Assembly: GCA_964350985.1 (NCBI GenBank)
Contig: CAYGLK010000002.1
Location: 165,406 to 229,405 of the forward strand
Reading direction: 5' to 3'
DNA length: 64,000 nucleotides
DNA from: an uncultured Candidatus Saccharibacteria bacterium
GTDB taxonomy: Bacteria > Patescibacteriota > Minisyncoccia > Phycocordibacterales > UBA918
In this document: in pieces, positions 29,948-40,853 of the stretch
How positions within the stretch are numbered: the stretch's first letter is position 1
Layout: the number at the start of each line of letters is the position of its first letter
Program-made: the position numbers and the translations under genes
Notes under the pieces: generated by a model
What the model was told of the DNA's origin: nothing
The model's database searches: none
The model's input: the letters and a program-made list of their open reading frames with translations, nothing else

Positions 29948-31414
29948 CTACTGATTATCTCTCCATTCTGTAACAGTATAAACATCAGACGTTTTTGGTA
30001 CTAGCGGTGGCGGGTTAAGTACCAGGTTACGATCGTAGCTGTTAAAACGATTTTCAAAACCTGAAGTTGTATTACCACTACCATTACTCCACCGCGTACC
30101 AACTCTGCCGTTGGAGACAATTGTTCCATTAATTGTAAGAGAATCTCTAATGTGATACTGATCTAATGAATTCGGTGACAAGCCCTTATTTCCATCATCC
30201 CAACAATTCTGACAGTAATAATTTCGTCCAAAACGCCCTTGTTGAGCAACAAAGATTCCATTTAAAGTCATAACATCTGGCACATTAAGGCCTACCAAGA
30301 CATCCTGCTCGGCTATTGCCAATAAGCCCGAGGTAGTTGCCGAAGTATAAGTAATATTGTCGTTTAAAATAATCTGTGGGTTAATAGAGGCTGAAGAAAT
30401 ATCAGCTGCTGCAATAGTAACTTTTTGACTAACTACTCCCTGAAGCCATACTTTATCCTGAACAAAAATTAAAGGGCACAATGGATTTATAGGATAATCA
30501 GTTGTTGGCCCACTTGTATTTGAAATTACATGTCTCTCTGGTTGCCAATCATCTTGGCTTGAATATCCCCAATATTGAGTAGTTCCTGTTACTCTTCTAA
30601 CGCTGATTGTGTTGTCGCTGTTAAAGGTTATTCGGTAACCAAAAGCACCAGATGGTGGAATAAAGACACCTCCAGTAGCATTTTGAGCACGATCCTGCAT
30701 TTGCGCCAAGTCGATAGTTAAGCCAGTGAAGTCGATCGGCGCTGAAGGAAAAGAAAATAAACTTGGATTTGCATTAGCAGTAGTGGTAAAAACTCCGTCG
30801 CGGTTTCCGCTCGGAGAACAGAAATCACAATTCCAGGTTGTCTGACCACTTGTTACAGTGGAGTAGTTTGTTCCATCCATTCTAATACCGCCGTTAGAGT
30901 GATACGGTCCGACAATCTGACGATCAGCCCCAGCCCAGACGTTTGAGTTAATAATGTAGGCATACTCAGCTACACTGGGCCTTGAATACCTAGCAGTAAT
31001 ATTTCTCGACAATGTTGGGTCGGCGTAAGTATAGCCGGTTGAAGAGACTTCGATTGAAGCGATATCTCCGCAATAAGCACTACTATCTACTTCAAGAGAG
31101 AATTCTCCGATCGCAGCTCCTTCTGGGTCATAATAGACTTGAGTATATGGTCCAGGTAATCCAGTACCGTTAGTAATATCATTTGGATAGTGAGCTAAAA
31201 ACCATTTGTAATAGTTAAGTCCGGCTTCAGCAATGTCTAAAGCTTTTTGTAATTCAACTCTTTGAATCACTGCTTTATTTTGTGTGGCAATATAACCAAA
31301 GAAAGAAGATATGATCAAAAAAAGGATTCCGCCAAAAACCAAAACGACGACCAATAAATAACCCTTTTGTTGTAAATTATTATCTTTATTTTTTATAGAA
31401 AAAATATTTTGCAT
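29948..31414 (-). CDS. PilX-like pilus assembly protein
   Basis: QKGYLL plus TM, IAEAGLNY; last gene of the pil cluster. Confidence 0.75.
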   Translation of the reverse strand: MQNIFSIKNKDNNLQQKGYLLVVVLVFGGILFLIISSFFGYIATQNKAVIQRVELQKALDIAEAGLNYYKWFLAHYPNDITNGTGLPGPYTQVYYDPEGAAIGEFSLEVDSSAYCGDIASIEVSSTGYTYADPTLSRNITARYSRPSVAEYAYIINSNVWAGADRQIVGPYHSNGGIRMDGTNYSTVTSGQTTWNCDFCSPSGNRDGVFTTTANANPSLFSFPSAPIDFTGLTIDLAQMQDRAQNATGGVFIPPSGAFGYRITFNSDNTISVRRVTGTTQYWGYSSQDDWQPERHVISNTSGPTTDYPINPLCPLIFVQDKVWLQGVVSQKVTIAAADISSASINPQIILNDNITYTSATTSGLLAIAEQDVLVGLNVPDVMTLNGIFVAQQGRFGRNYYCQNCWDDGNKGLSPNSLDQYHIRDSLTINGTIVSNGRVGTRWSNGSGNTTSGFENRFNSYDRNLVLNPPPLVPKTSDVYTVTEWRDNQ

Positions 31415-31415
31415 A

Positions 31416-32033
31416 TTAAAGATTGTCTTTTAGGTTTCTTGGAGTTACCCCACTACGTAGTAGGAATTCTCCTGGTGAACGAACAGGGTCTATATTCACT
31501 ATTATCTTTGTGTCGATATATCGTACATCTGTGAGCAATGCACTTGGGGGAGTAAGAGCTGCTCCTGCACTATCGAAGTATAAAAACGTACTTGTACCTT
31601 GGACGATGTTTTGTACATACTCTGACAGAATTTCTACTCGATCAGGTGTTACTAAATTATACACTGGGGGTGTACCTGAAGCTTCATAAATATTTTTATA
31701 AATAGTAGTTCCAGTTAATACATACTCAACATATTCAACTGAAAGATCCTGGTCAGTATTAGTATAAAAACCAAAACGATGTGGCTGAATGACAGCTATA
31801 GGAAATGTCCCTGTATCGGAATAAGCCATTTCTCGAGCGTCACTAAGCCAATTTTGTAAACCTCTTCTAGCTTGATCAATTTCATAGGACTGAGCAATTG
31901 TATAACCATTTGCCTGGTAGAGATTAAAAATACTAGTATAGATCACTAATGTCATCATAGTATAAAGACTAACAACTACAATTGTCTCAACTAAAGTAAA
32001 CCCTTGGTTATGAAAAATTTTTTTCATAACCAC
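31416..32033 (-). CDS. prepilin-type (minor pilin) protein
   Basis: QGFTLVE prepilin cleavage motif. Confidence 0.9.
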   Translation of the reverse strand: MVMKKIFHNQGFTLVETIVVVSLYTMMTLVIYTSIFNLYQANGYTIAQSYEIDQARRGLQNWLSDAREMAYSDTGTFPIAVIQPHRFGFYTNTDQDLSVEYVEYVLTGTTIYKNIYEASGTPPVYNLVTPDRVEILSEYVQNIVQGTSTFLYFDSAGAALTPPSALLTDVRYIDTKIIVNIDPVRSPGEFLLRSGVTPRNLKDNL

Positions 32034-33782
32034 TTATGGAGCTAAATTAATTACTTGTACAGAGGAGCCACCTATTACGTACGGATCTAATACTTGGGTA
32101 GCATAGCCTGGAGCACTAACTTCTAGTCTGTAGTCAGCTGCATCTAAAAGACCTCCAAAATAAGACTGTCCGCACCAACCAGTATTAATAGTTGAACTGT
32201 AAGCTGGTCTAGTCAAAGTTACAGTAGCGTCGATAATAGACGATTCTAAACCTGAATCATTCACTACTACTCTTAAATTATTTGTTGAACTGGTTGTGGT
32301 TCTAACGTCTAGGGTCACTTCAGAGCCTGGGTTAACAGTGATAGGGTTTGACGCGCAAGCTTCCATAATAACTGAGCCTCCTGTTAAGCTAACTAAGTAA
32401 GAATCCCATTCAATGTCATTGAACACCCTCTGACCTGAACCATCAGTACTAGAACTGACATCAAACTTATAGACAGTTGTAAGCGCTGAATTTGTTCCGA
32501 TTGATTTATTGCCGCGGAGGTTGAAATTGACTCCCGACAGCATGTTTTTGGACTCAATATAAGAAATAACTAACTCATCAATTCTTGGAGTAACTGTAGT
32601 GTTAGAAGTAGTCAGCTCAATCCCAGCTACTATTGTAGAGAACGTGCCAGCATCGAGCCCGCGCAGGTCAATAAACCTGTCAGAGAAACCAACAGAGTTT
32701 CCTGGTAAATATGTGTCGGAGATAATATCTGCTGTATTCGTACTTGTGTAAAACCGAACACGAAAATCTGTACCTGATGGCTTACTTGAAGTTACTTCTG
32801 CTACCCCCCAAGATTCAATAGTACTTGGGGTTAATGGATTTAAAACTACCGCACCAGAGATATCGTAAACTCCAGCTACTTGGTTTAATACTAAATCCCC
32901 TCCAGCAACCTCAACACTACTTGTTGCGGCAGCATTTAGTAAGTCGGTAAATTCTTCTGAGATGTTTTGTATTACAGGGTTATTGAAAATATTGACGGTC
33001 AAATCTCCAAGAAGATCGATTTGAAAATTCATAGTAGTGATATCACTTTCCAAAACTGTCACTGGTAGTTTAGAAGGATTCTCCAAAGAGGTAGTGGCTC
33101 GACGAGTCTGATCAGATGAATACCCCGGCGCAGATACAAAAAGTTCATACTCAGAAGCAGCTGGTGCTCCTGTAAAATACGCAATTCCAGTTGCATCAGT
33201 TTTTCTAGTGATATCAATCGTACTGGTAGTAGTTTCATTAAGGAGCCGAACATCTATACCAGCCAGCGGAAGGACGTTGGCATCAAAAACATTAACACGG
33301 ATAGTCCCTCCTCCAGCTGTGGTTTCAATTGATCTCGGTACAATTGTCGTAATTAGACTAAATGACTTAGCCCCACCATAAATATTCCAAGAATACTCAA
33401 CTTTAACAGTCTTATAATCAGCCAAAATCAAATTACTATCTGCTGGTCCAAAACCGTCAGCATCATCATCTTCGTATTGAATATATACCCGTTCGTTAAA
33501 CTCAATGCCATTTAATGAAACTGTACGATTTTGAGGAATCAAACCCTCTGGAATACCTGAAATAGTTCCTACATCGTTATAAGGTAGTGACTGAATGTAT
33601 TCGAGTCGATCAGTTGCCAACGAGAGCGCTGTCATTTGAGCTCTAGATTGAGCAATCACTTTTAGAGTGAATTCAAAAGAAGCAAAAAGACCTCCAAACA
33701 CTAATACTGTAATCGCAATCACCACTAAAACTTCAATCAAAGAGATTCCTCTGTTGTATTTTTGTTGAAGTGGTTTAAACAT
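32034..33782 (-). CDS. large prepilin-type protein with beta-sandwich domains
   Basis: RGISLIE motif; two VSAPGY-containing carboxypeptidase-regulatory-like segments. Confidence 0.85.
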   Translation of the reverse strand: MFKPLQQKYNRGISLIEVLVVIAITVLVFGGLFASFEFTLKVIAQSRAQMTALSLATDRLEYIQSLPYNDVGTISGIPEGLIPQNRTVSLNGIEFNERVYIQYEDDDADGFGPADSNLILADYKTVKVEYSWNIYGGAKSFSLITTIVPRSIETTAGGGTIRVNVFDANVLPLAGIDVRLLNETTTSTIDITRKTDATGIAYFTGAPAASEYELFVSAPGYSSDQTRRATTSLENPSKLPVTVLESDITTMNFQIDLLGDLTVNIFNNPVIQNISEEFTDLLNAAATSSVEVAGGDLVLNQVAGVYDISGAVVLNPLTPSTIESWGVAEVTSSKPSGTDFRVRFYTSTNTADIISDTYLPGNSVGFSDRFIDLRGLDAGTFSTIVAGIELTTSNTTVTPRIDELVISYIESKNMLSGVNFNLRGNKSIGTNSALTTVYKFDVSSSTDGSGQRVFNDIEWDSYLVSLTGGSVIMEACASNPITVNPGSEVTLDVRTTTSSTNNLRVVVNDSGLESSIIDATVTLTRPAYSSTINTGWCGQSYFGGLLDAADYRLEVSAPGYATQVLDPYVIGGSSVQVINLAP

Positions 33783-33784
33783 GT

Positions 33785-35014
33785 TTAAGATAACCCGTCT
33801 GAGATAGAGTAGATTGGTGAAATCATCGCTAGTGCAAAGAATCCAACTACTCCTCCAATCACAACCATCATAATCGGTTCAATAATAGTAGAGAGGTCTT
33901 TGGTCTTTCGTTCAACTTCTGTTTCATAAAAAATTGCCAACTCGCCTAGCATCCCGGAGATCTGACCTGTCTCCTCTCCAACTAGTATCATCTCCCCTAC
34001 CAGAATCGGGTAAAGGTCAGAGCGCTCAATAAATATTTCTGAAAGTGGAGTACCTTTCTCTACCCGCAACTGGGCTTCGGCTAAGACCTCTTTATAATAA
34101 ACATTCTGAACAACTTCAGCTGTAATTCCAATAGCTTGAATGACATCAACTCCAGAATTCAAAAGTGAAGACAAGGTCCTGGCAGTTCGAGCTGAGTTTG
34201 TCTCTTTTGCCATATTTCCAATAACTGGAAGTTTAGGAATAACATATGAAGTAAATTTTTTACCAATTTTTGACCGCAAGAAATAAATCACTCCGACTAC
34301 AAACCCAACTACAGCCAAAAGAGCGACCAGTGTATGTTCAGCGAAGAAGTCACTAGTATTGATCAATAAGACAGTGGTAGCAGGAAGGTCGATCTTCATA
34401 TCTTTAAAAACACCTGTAATCTGAGGTAAGACAAAGATCATCATTAAAATACCAATAATCACCATCACCGACATCACAATTCCCGGGTAGATCATTGCCC
34501 CTTTAATCTTTTTGGTTAGATTACTTGATCGTTCCATCTGTATCGCTAAAGTCTGCAGTGACTCAGATAGGTTTCCACTTTCTTCTCCCGACTTAATCAT
34601 CGCTACATATAGATCACTAAAGACTTCCGGAAATTCTTTTAGAGCTACGTAAAATTGTTCACCATTATTGATTCTTTCGGCAATTCTTTTTAAGACCCAT
34701 TTTGTCTTAAGGTTACTACTTTGTCTTTCGATAACTGACAAAGCTCGAGTAACTGTCAGTCCCGCCTTAAGCATTGACCCAAAGTTACGGGTCATCATCA
34801 CGAGTTCGTCAGCTGAGACGCGACTCATCATTAGGTTGATCTTTTCTAGATTAAAAAATTTACCAAAACTTGCCTCACCGTTTTCTTCAATATTGGAAAC
34901 TCGGTCACCATCTCGCCTAGCGATATCGTAGACAGCATAACGATCGTCAGCGCTCACCGTCTTGGTGATTTTTTGCCCCTCAGCATCTTCTCCAGTGTAA
35001 GTAAATTTAGGCAT
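33785..35014 (-). CDS. pilC: type IV pilus/T2SS platform protein (PilC/GspF)
   Basis: SGEESGNL, KIKGAMIYP, VGEETG, IIEP. Confidence 0.93.
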   Translation of the reverse strand: MPKFTYTGEDAEGQKITKTVSADDRYAVYDIARRDGDRVSNIEENGEASFGKFFNLEKINLMMSRVSADELVMMTRNFGSMLKAGLTVTRALSVIERQSSNLKTKWVLKRIAERINNGEQFYVALKEFPEVFSDLYVAMIKSGEESGNLSESLQTLAIQMERSSNLTKKIKGAMIYPGIVMSVMVIIGILMMIFVLPQITGVFKDMKIDLPATTVLLINTSDFFAEHTLVALLAVVGFVVGVIYFLRSKIGKKFTSYVIPKLPVIGNMAKETNSARTARTLSSLLNSGVDVIQAIGITAEVVQNVYYKEVLAEAQLRVEKGTPLSEIFIERSDLYPILVGEMILVGEETGQISGMLGELAIFYETEVERKTKDLSTIIEPIMMVVIGGVVGFFALAMISPIYSISDGLS

Positions 35015-35019
35015 ATAAA

Positions 35020-36771
35020 CTATTCATTAATAACGCGCAATACTTCTTCAATGCTTGTTAGTCCTTTAGCAGCTTTATAGATACCGTCTTCAAGCATAGT
35101 GAGCATGCCTTCTTTTCTGGCTTGTGCTTCGATCTCGTCTCCAGTTTTTTGCGCCATTACCATCTCTTTGATGGTTGGAGATACTTGCAAGACTTCATGA
35201 ATTCCCATTCGGCCTTTGTAACCATCTTCAGTCTCTCCCTTTTCTTTTGGATGATAAAACTGAATATCGTTCCAGGTAGCATCCTCTTTAACTATCTTTT
35301 CTTCTTTTAGAGTATTCAATACTGAGTCGAGGTCAACGTGTGATGCTAATTCATCTCTCTCAGCCTTAGATAAAACATATGGCAAACGATCGTCAGCCAG
35401 CTTACGGACCAGTCGCTGACCAATTGCAACGCGCAAAGTAGAAACAAGCAAGAATGATTCCACTCCCATATCTACCAAACGAGCTACTGTTCCAGAAGCC
35501 GAGTTGGTGTGAACTGTAGCTAATACCAAGTGTCCTGTTAGGGCAGCGTTAATAGCTAGGCTAGCAGTCTCCTGATCACGAACTTCTCCAACCATAATAA
35601 TATCCGGGTCCTGACGCATTAGTGACCGTAAACCAGCCGCAAAAGTAAAGCCGATTTCTGGTTTAACCTGGCTTTGATTTACTCTAGCCATCTGGTACTC
35701 GATCGGGTCTTCAATGGTTGAGATATTTACTTCCGGAGAATTTAACAAGTCGAGAATTGTATAAAGAGTGGTCGACTTACCAGAACCAGTTGGTCCTGTT
35801 ACTAGGATAATACCGGTAGTAGCTCTAGTAGCCTTATGGATTCTCTCTAGAGTCGAACCATGGAAACCAATACCTTCAAGTGAAAAACCACTTCGGCTTT
35901 CACGAAGGAGACGCATAACAATCTTCTCACCAAAAAAGACTGGCAGCATCGAGACACGAAAAGCCACTTTCTGACCATCCATTTCCATTTTAAAACGACC
36001 GTCTTGAGGTAAGCGTTTTTGGTCTAACTTTAAGTTAGATAACACTTTAATTCTCGCTACCAAAGTACCAGCAGCGTGCTTGGGTAGCTTCATAGCATCA
36101 TTTAAAATACCGTCAATTCGGTAACGAACAACCACCTCTTCTTCCATTGGTTCAACGTGAATATCTGAAGCCCCCTGGATGATTGCGTGACGTAGTAAAG
36201 TATCAACAATCCGAACTACCGGTAAGTCCTCAGCCATCTTCTTTAAATCTTTCTCAGAAATCTCTTCCCCACCCTCTTCAGCAATCACTTTCAAAGCTGA
36301 AGCATCTTTCATAATCAATTCACCAAACTCATCTTTCAAAGTCTTCTGATATTGCCGTAGTGCGCCGCGCATTGACTCAGTGTCAGTCAGTCGAGGAAGG
36401 ATTTTTAGACCTACTTTCTTCTTCACAAAGTCGATCGCCGGCAGGTCGGCAGTGTCCAACATCGCCACTTCTAGTTCTTTATCTGTTTTCTTAAAAGCAA
36501 TAATGTTGTGCGTCCGAGCAACTGGCTCAGGGATCATAGTCAGAACATCAAAGTCAATCTTCATGTTCTTCAGAGAAACAAAAGGAACTCCTAGTACATA
36601 GGACTCTACCCGACGCATATCATCTTCTGTCATATGACCTTGAGCTATCAAGGCTTCAGCCAAAGTCCGTCGCTCGTCTTTGGCGACTTTCTCCACGGCA
36701 GCGATCTCTGACTTTTTAATCAAGCCAGCATCGATGATAAAAGTCTTAAGTTGTTCATCTTGTATTCGCAC
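35020..36771 (-). CDS. pilB: type IV pilus assembly ATPase (PilB/GspE)
   Basis: ASDIHVEP, PQDGR, GPTGSGKSTT, RQDPDIIMVGEVRD, TGHLV. Confidence 0.95.
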   Translation of the reverse strand: MRIQDEQLKTFIIDAGLIKKSEIAAVEKVAKDERRTLAEALIAQGHMTEDDMRRVESYVLGVPFVSLKNMKIDFDVLTMIPEPVARTHNIIAFKKTDKELEVAMLDTADLPAIDFVKKKVGLKILPRLTDTESMRGALRQYQKTLKDEFGELIMKDASALKVIAEEGGEEISEKDLKKMAEDLPVVRIVDTLLRHAIIQGASDIHVEPMEEEVVVRYRIDGILNDAMKLPKHAAGTLVARIKVLSNLKLDQKRLPQDGRFKMEMDGQKVAFRVSMLPVFFGEKIVMRLLRESRSGFSLEGIGFHGSTLERIHKATRATTGIILVTGPTGSGKSTTLYTILDLLNSPEVNISTIEDPIEYQMARVNQSQVKPEIGFTFAAGLRSLMRQDPDIIMVGEVRDQETASLAINAALTGHLVLATVHTNSASGTVARLVDMGVESFLLVSTLRVAIGQRLVRKLADDRLPYVLSKAERDELASHVDLDSVLNTLKEEKIVKEDATWNDIQFYHPKEKGETEDGYKGRMGIHEVLQVSPTIKEMVMAQKTGDEIEAQARKEGMLTMLEDGIYKAAKGLTSIEEVLRVINE

Positions 36772-37012
36772 AACAAATTGGAAATGAGCTAATAAGTGCT
36801 ATTACATTTATTGTATCACTAAAGCTATTTTTTAAAGCAAGATAATTCCCACAAAAAATTTACTTTTAATAACTTTTGGTCACTTTACTTTATTTGTAAA
36901 AAGGCCTATATTAGAGGAATCACGTGGATTGAATGCTCGGCTTGCGCCGGGCTTTCTTTATAAAGTGATAGTTGAGAAAAATTATCCAATTTATTATTAA
37001 ATATTTATTATT

Positions 37013-38413
37013 ATGTTTGACCTAAAAGTTATTAATGCCGTTTTAACGGAAATGGAAGAAGAGCGAGGAATTCCTCGAGAAAAATTACTAGATGCAATTG
37101 AGCAATCACTAGCAACAGCTTATAAAAAAGAATTTGGTAAAAGAGGCCAGATTATTAACGCTAAATTTGACTTAGCTGCTGGTACAACTACTTTTAATCA
37201 AGTGAAGATTGTAGTTGATGAAAGCATGCTTAAGGCAGAGACTCCAGAGGATGAAGAAGGGGCCGAGGCTGCTGAAGTAGAAGAGTCAGAAGATGAAGGA
37301 GACAAGATTCGTTTTGATGATGAAAAACACATCATGATCAATACTGCCAAAATGATCAAAAAAGATGTTCAGCTTGGTGAAGAACTTATCTTCCCTCTTG
37401 AACCAAAAGATGACTTTGGTCGTATTGCCGCTCAAACTGCAAAGCAAGTAATCGTACAAAAGATTCGAGAAGCTGAAAAAGAATCAGCTCTAGCAGAGTT
37501 TGGACAAAAAGCGGGCGACATTGTTGTTGGTTTTGTGCAGCGTTTTGAACGTGGAAATCTCTACGTTGACCTTGGCCGTGTTACAGCCATCATGCCTTAC
37601 GACGAACAAATTCCTGGAGAACGTTATAAACCAGGCGAAAGAATTCGTGCTATTTTGCTTGCTGTTGAAGAAACTTCACGAGGTATTTTTCTCAAACTAT
37701 CACGTTCTCATCCAGACTTCCTTTCAGAGCTCTTTGCTATCGAAGCACCTGAAATCCAAAGTGGGGCAGTAGAAGTAAAAGCAGTGGCCCGAGAAGCTGG
37801 AGCACGATCTAAGATCGCTGTCTTTGCTAACGATGCACACCTTGACCCGGTTGGATCACTAGTAGGGCAACGAGGAGTACGAGTATCTACTGTTATGAGT
37901 GAGCTTGGTGGCGAAAAGATCGACATCATTGAATGGTCTGCTAACCAAACCGAATTTATTGAAGACTCACTTTCTCCAGCTGAAGTAATGAGTGTGAAGA
38001 TTGTGTCTGAACCAAATGCAGAAACTGGTGAAAGAGGACACGCTATTGCTGAAGTGGCTCCTGATCAACAATCCCTAGCGATTGGTCGCGGTGGTCAAAA
38101 TGTTCGACTAGCAGCTAAGCTAACTGGTTGGAAGATCGACATCACTTCTGCTGAAAGTAAAGAAACTTTAGCTGAAGTTGATGATAGCGGCAATGTAAAT
38201 ATTGAAGCACCGGCCAGCTCTCCAGTAGGCAAAGAAGACGAAGCCTTAGAAGCAGAAGTAGCTACCACTGAAGCGCCTGAAGAAGCTAGTGAAGACGAAC
38301 CAACTAACGACCGAGATACAAATCCTGATACAGAAGAAATGAACGAAATTGATACACCTGAAGAAGCGGAAGCGTTAGTTGCTGAGGAAGAAGAAAAAGC
38401 GAAAGGCAAATAA
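37013..38413 (+). CDS. nusA: transcription factor NusA with acidic tail
   Basis: FGRIAAQTAKQV, AREAGARSKIAV, SLAIGRGGQNVRLAAKLTGWKIDI. Confidence 0.98.
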   Translation: MFDLKVINAVLTEMEEERGIPREKLLDAIEQSLATAYKKEFGKRGQIINAKFDLAAGTTTFNQVKIVVDESMLKAETPEDEEGAEAAEVEESEDEGDKIRFDDEKHIMINTAKMIKKDVQLGEELIFPLEPKDDFGRIAAQTAKQVIVQKIREAEKESALAEFGQKAGDIVVGFVQRFERGNLYVDLGRVTAIMPYDEQIPGERYKPGERIRAILLAVEETSRGIFLKLSRSHPDFLSELFAIEAPEIQSGAVEVKAVAREAGARSKIAVFANDAHLDPVGSLVGQRGVRVSTVMSELGGEKIDIIEWSANQTEFIEDSLSPAEVMSVKIVSEPNAETGERGHAIAEVAPDQQSLAIGRGGQNVRLAAKLTGWKIDITSAESKETLAEVDDSGNVNIEAPASSPVGKEDEALEAEVATTEAPEEASEDEPTNDRDTNPDTEEMNEIDTPEEAEALVAEEEEKAKGK

Positions 38414-38438
38414 TTAGAAATTTAATTAAGCTATAATT

Positions 38439-38963
38439 ATGAATCTACTTCACGATATCGCTCCTGGAACTAAGGAGGAAATGAATGTTATTGTCGAGAT
38501 CCCTAAATTCTCAAAAAATAAATACGAAATCGATAAGGAAACGGGTTTAATTGCTCTAGATAGAGTGATGCACTCTTCTCAAGATTATCCTTTTGACTAT
38601 GGTTTTGTTCCACAAACACTTTGTGACGATGGTGACGCGCTAGACGTTGTTCTATTCACTACTTACCCACTAGCTTCAGGTATCTTAGTAAAAGCTCGTC
38701 CTGTAGCGATGATGGAAATGATTGATGGTGGTGAACAAGACAATAAAATCGTCGCGGTCCCAGTTGATGACCCTCGGATGAACGACATTAAAGATATGTC
38801 TGACCTGAATTCTCACTTTATCAAAGAGATGACTCACTTCTTTGAAACTTACAAAAAGATTCAAAATAAAGAGGTAAAAATCGGTACTTGGCATGGAGCT
38901 AATGAAGCCAAAACAGAATTTGATAAAAGTTGCGCGATGTATAAAGAAAAAGGTTCAAAATAA
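38439..38963 (+). CDS. ppa: inorganic pyrophosphatase (family I)
   Basis: KYEIDK, DYGFVPQTLCDDGDALDV, HFFETYK. Confidence 0.96.
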   Translation: MNLLHDIAPGTKEEMNVIVEIPKFSKNKYEIDKETGLIALDRVMHSSQDYPFDYGFVPQTLCDDGDALDVVLFTTYPLASGILVKARPVAMMEMIDGGEQDNKIVAVPVDDPRMNDIKDMSDLNSHFIKEMTHFFETYKKIQNKEVKIGTWHGANEAKTEFDKSCAMYKEKGSK

Positions 38964-39071
38964 ATAATATTTTCACCTGCGTATAACCCCCGTATCCTTA
39001 ATTGGAGCGGGGGTTATACTTAATATTATTGATTATTGGCTAAATAAAGTAGAACTATGCAATCTTTAACG

Positions 39072-39803
39072 ATGAAAAAAATTATCAGTATTGGAGCTTT
39101 AATACTAGCTATCTTCTTAGCTTTGCATTTTAGTGCTGACGCACAGGAAGAACAAAATACAACTGATGAAGTGAGTGCAACAACTATTGAGAGACAAAAT
39201 AGTTCTGATGAACGACAACAAGAAAATGCTGAGCGAGTGGAGGCAAGACAAGATGAACGCTCAGAACTGAGGGAAGAAAGACAAGATGAACGAAGTGAGA
39301 ATATTGAAGCCAGACAAGAGTTACAAGCCGAAAGAGTTGAAACGAGACAAAACATTCAGGCAGAAAGAAAAGGGGCCCTGGAAGCTGCCCGACAAGAAAG
39401 GGTTATGAATCTTTCTGCCAATATCAGCAATCGTATGGATGCTGCTATCTTAAGGATTGAAAATATCATTGAACGTTTTGCTGAAAGAATAGAAAAAATA
39501 TCAGCTACCGGAGTGAATGTTGACGCCGCTAGAAATAAGTTAAATGAAGCAAGTCGCCTCCTAGAAGAAGCTAAGAATAAGATATCTAACATTGATTCTT
39601 TGGTCTATAACGCTACAACTTCAAATGAACCTAGAAGTGAGTGGCAAAAGGTAAAAGCAACTTATAAAGAAGCTGGAACACTTATCAGAGCAAGTCATGC
39701 AGCTCTAAGGGAGACGTTGGCCCTGCTTAAGACTGCTTTAGGAGAAGCTGATCGAGGAATAAATGAAGCAGTTAGCAGGAATGAGACTGAAGTCACTGAA
39801 TAA
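39072..39803 (+). CDS. secreted coiled-coil protein
   Basis: Signal peptide and E/R/Q-rich repeats (EARQDE/EERQDE). Confidence 0.75.
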   Translation: MKKIISIGALILAIFLALHFSADAQEEQNTTDEVSATTIERQNSSDERQQENAERVEARQDERSELREERQDERSENIEARQELQAERVETRQNIQAERKGALEAARQERVMNLSANISNRMDAAILRIENIIERFAERIEKISATGVNVDAARNKLNEASRLLEEAKNKISNIDSLVYNATTSNEPRSEWQKVKATYKEAGTLIRASHAALRETLALLKTALGEADRGINEAVSRNETEVTE

Positions 39804-39826
39804 ATTATTTTACTAAAACTTATTTT

Positions 39827-40216
39827 ATGGAAAACGAACCACAATTTGAAGGAGAAGAAATGAAACTGCCTGAAGAAGATATTTCCACTGACGCTGATGA
39901 CACACAACCACAAAACAGTTCAGGTGTAGTCATCTTTATACTATTTGCTATTTTGGCAGCGGTCTTGGTAGGGATGTATTTCTGGTACGAAGCTTCAACA
40001 ACAATTCCCCAGACAACTAACGAAGCAAGTAGGCCAACACTTGAAGAAAATAAAGAACCAGAAACTACAACAGCCACAGCCCAGACTGAAAGTTTTAACG
40101 CTATGAGTACTTCTGATGAAATCACTGCTATTGAAGCTGATTTAGAAAGTACAGACCTAGATAACCTCGAAGCAGAGATGCTACAAATCGAAGCTGAACT
40201 AGAAGCTGCAAATTAA
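39827..40216 (+). CDS. acidic single-TM hypothetical protein
   Basis: One TM; C-terminal STSDEITAIEADL motif. Confidence 0.75.
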   Translation: MENEPQFEGEEMKLPEEDISTDADDTQPQNSSGVVIFILFAILAAVLVGMYFWYEASTTIPQTTNEASRPTLEENKEPETTTATAQTESFNAMSTSDEITAIEADLESTDLDNLEAEMLQIEAELEAAN

Positions 40217-40283
40217 TAAAACCCACCAAGTTGGTGGGAGTGACTGACCGGCGCCTTAGGGCGCCGGCTTTGTTCATGGCTGC

Positions 40284-40739
40284 TCAAGGAGAACCAAACA
40301 GCCTAGCTTCCATCTGCGCATGTGGCGACTGAACCTCAGGCACGTAGTAGAGGTTCCATCCTGGTGTCACTCCCCATTTCACCCTGCAGGGCATACTCGG
40401 AAAGAGCTCCAATACACTCTGTTCGTAGTAACGCCAGAGGAACCGCGCTCTTGTTTTGAGCACACAACACGCCTCGTTGACGACTGCTGAGAAAGTGTTG
40501 GTCTTGAAAGCATCGTCGTGTAACTGCTGGTAATGACAGTGCAGGTACAAGAGTCTCCGCAGCTCCATCGGTAGGCGGTACGAGCATTCCACCACTCCTA
40601 CTGGAGGAAGGTCCATTTTCTGAACCATGAGGTTCAGCTGATGGGAAGTGACTTCACTCAACTCTCTCTCAAGCCAGGAAACATTGATCATGGCACACTC
40701 CAAAAAAAGAAAAGAAGACCTATCATCCCGACGAAACAC
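40284..40739 (-). CDS. hypothetical protein (start may be downstream)
   Basis: GC-richer orphan ORF with an upstream TTGACA promoter. Confidence 0.5.
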   Translation of the reverse strand: MFRRDDRSSFLFLECAMINVSWLERELSEVTSHQLNLMVQKMDLPPVGVVECSYRLPMELRRLLYLHCHYQQLHDDAFKTNTFSAVVNEACCVLKTRARFLWRYYEQSVLELFPSMPCRVKWGVTPGWNLYYVPEVQSPHAQMEARLFGSP

Positions 40740-40853
40740 TGTTCGTCTTGGTGTCTGAACTATACTAATTAAATGATATTTGTCAAATAAAATTTCTCTC
40801 TCTTTGCTAAATTGGTTGCAATTCTGTTAGATATCCGTAAACTAGCCCGTACT

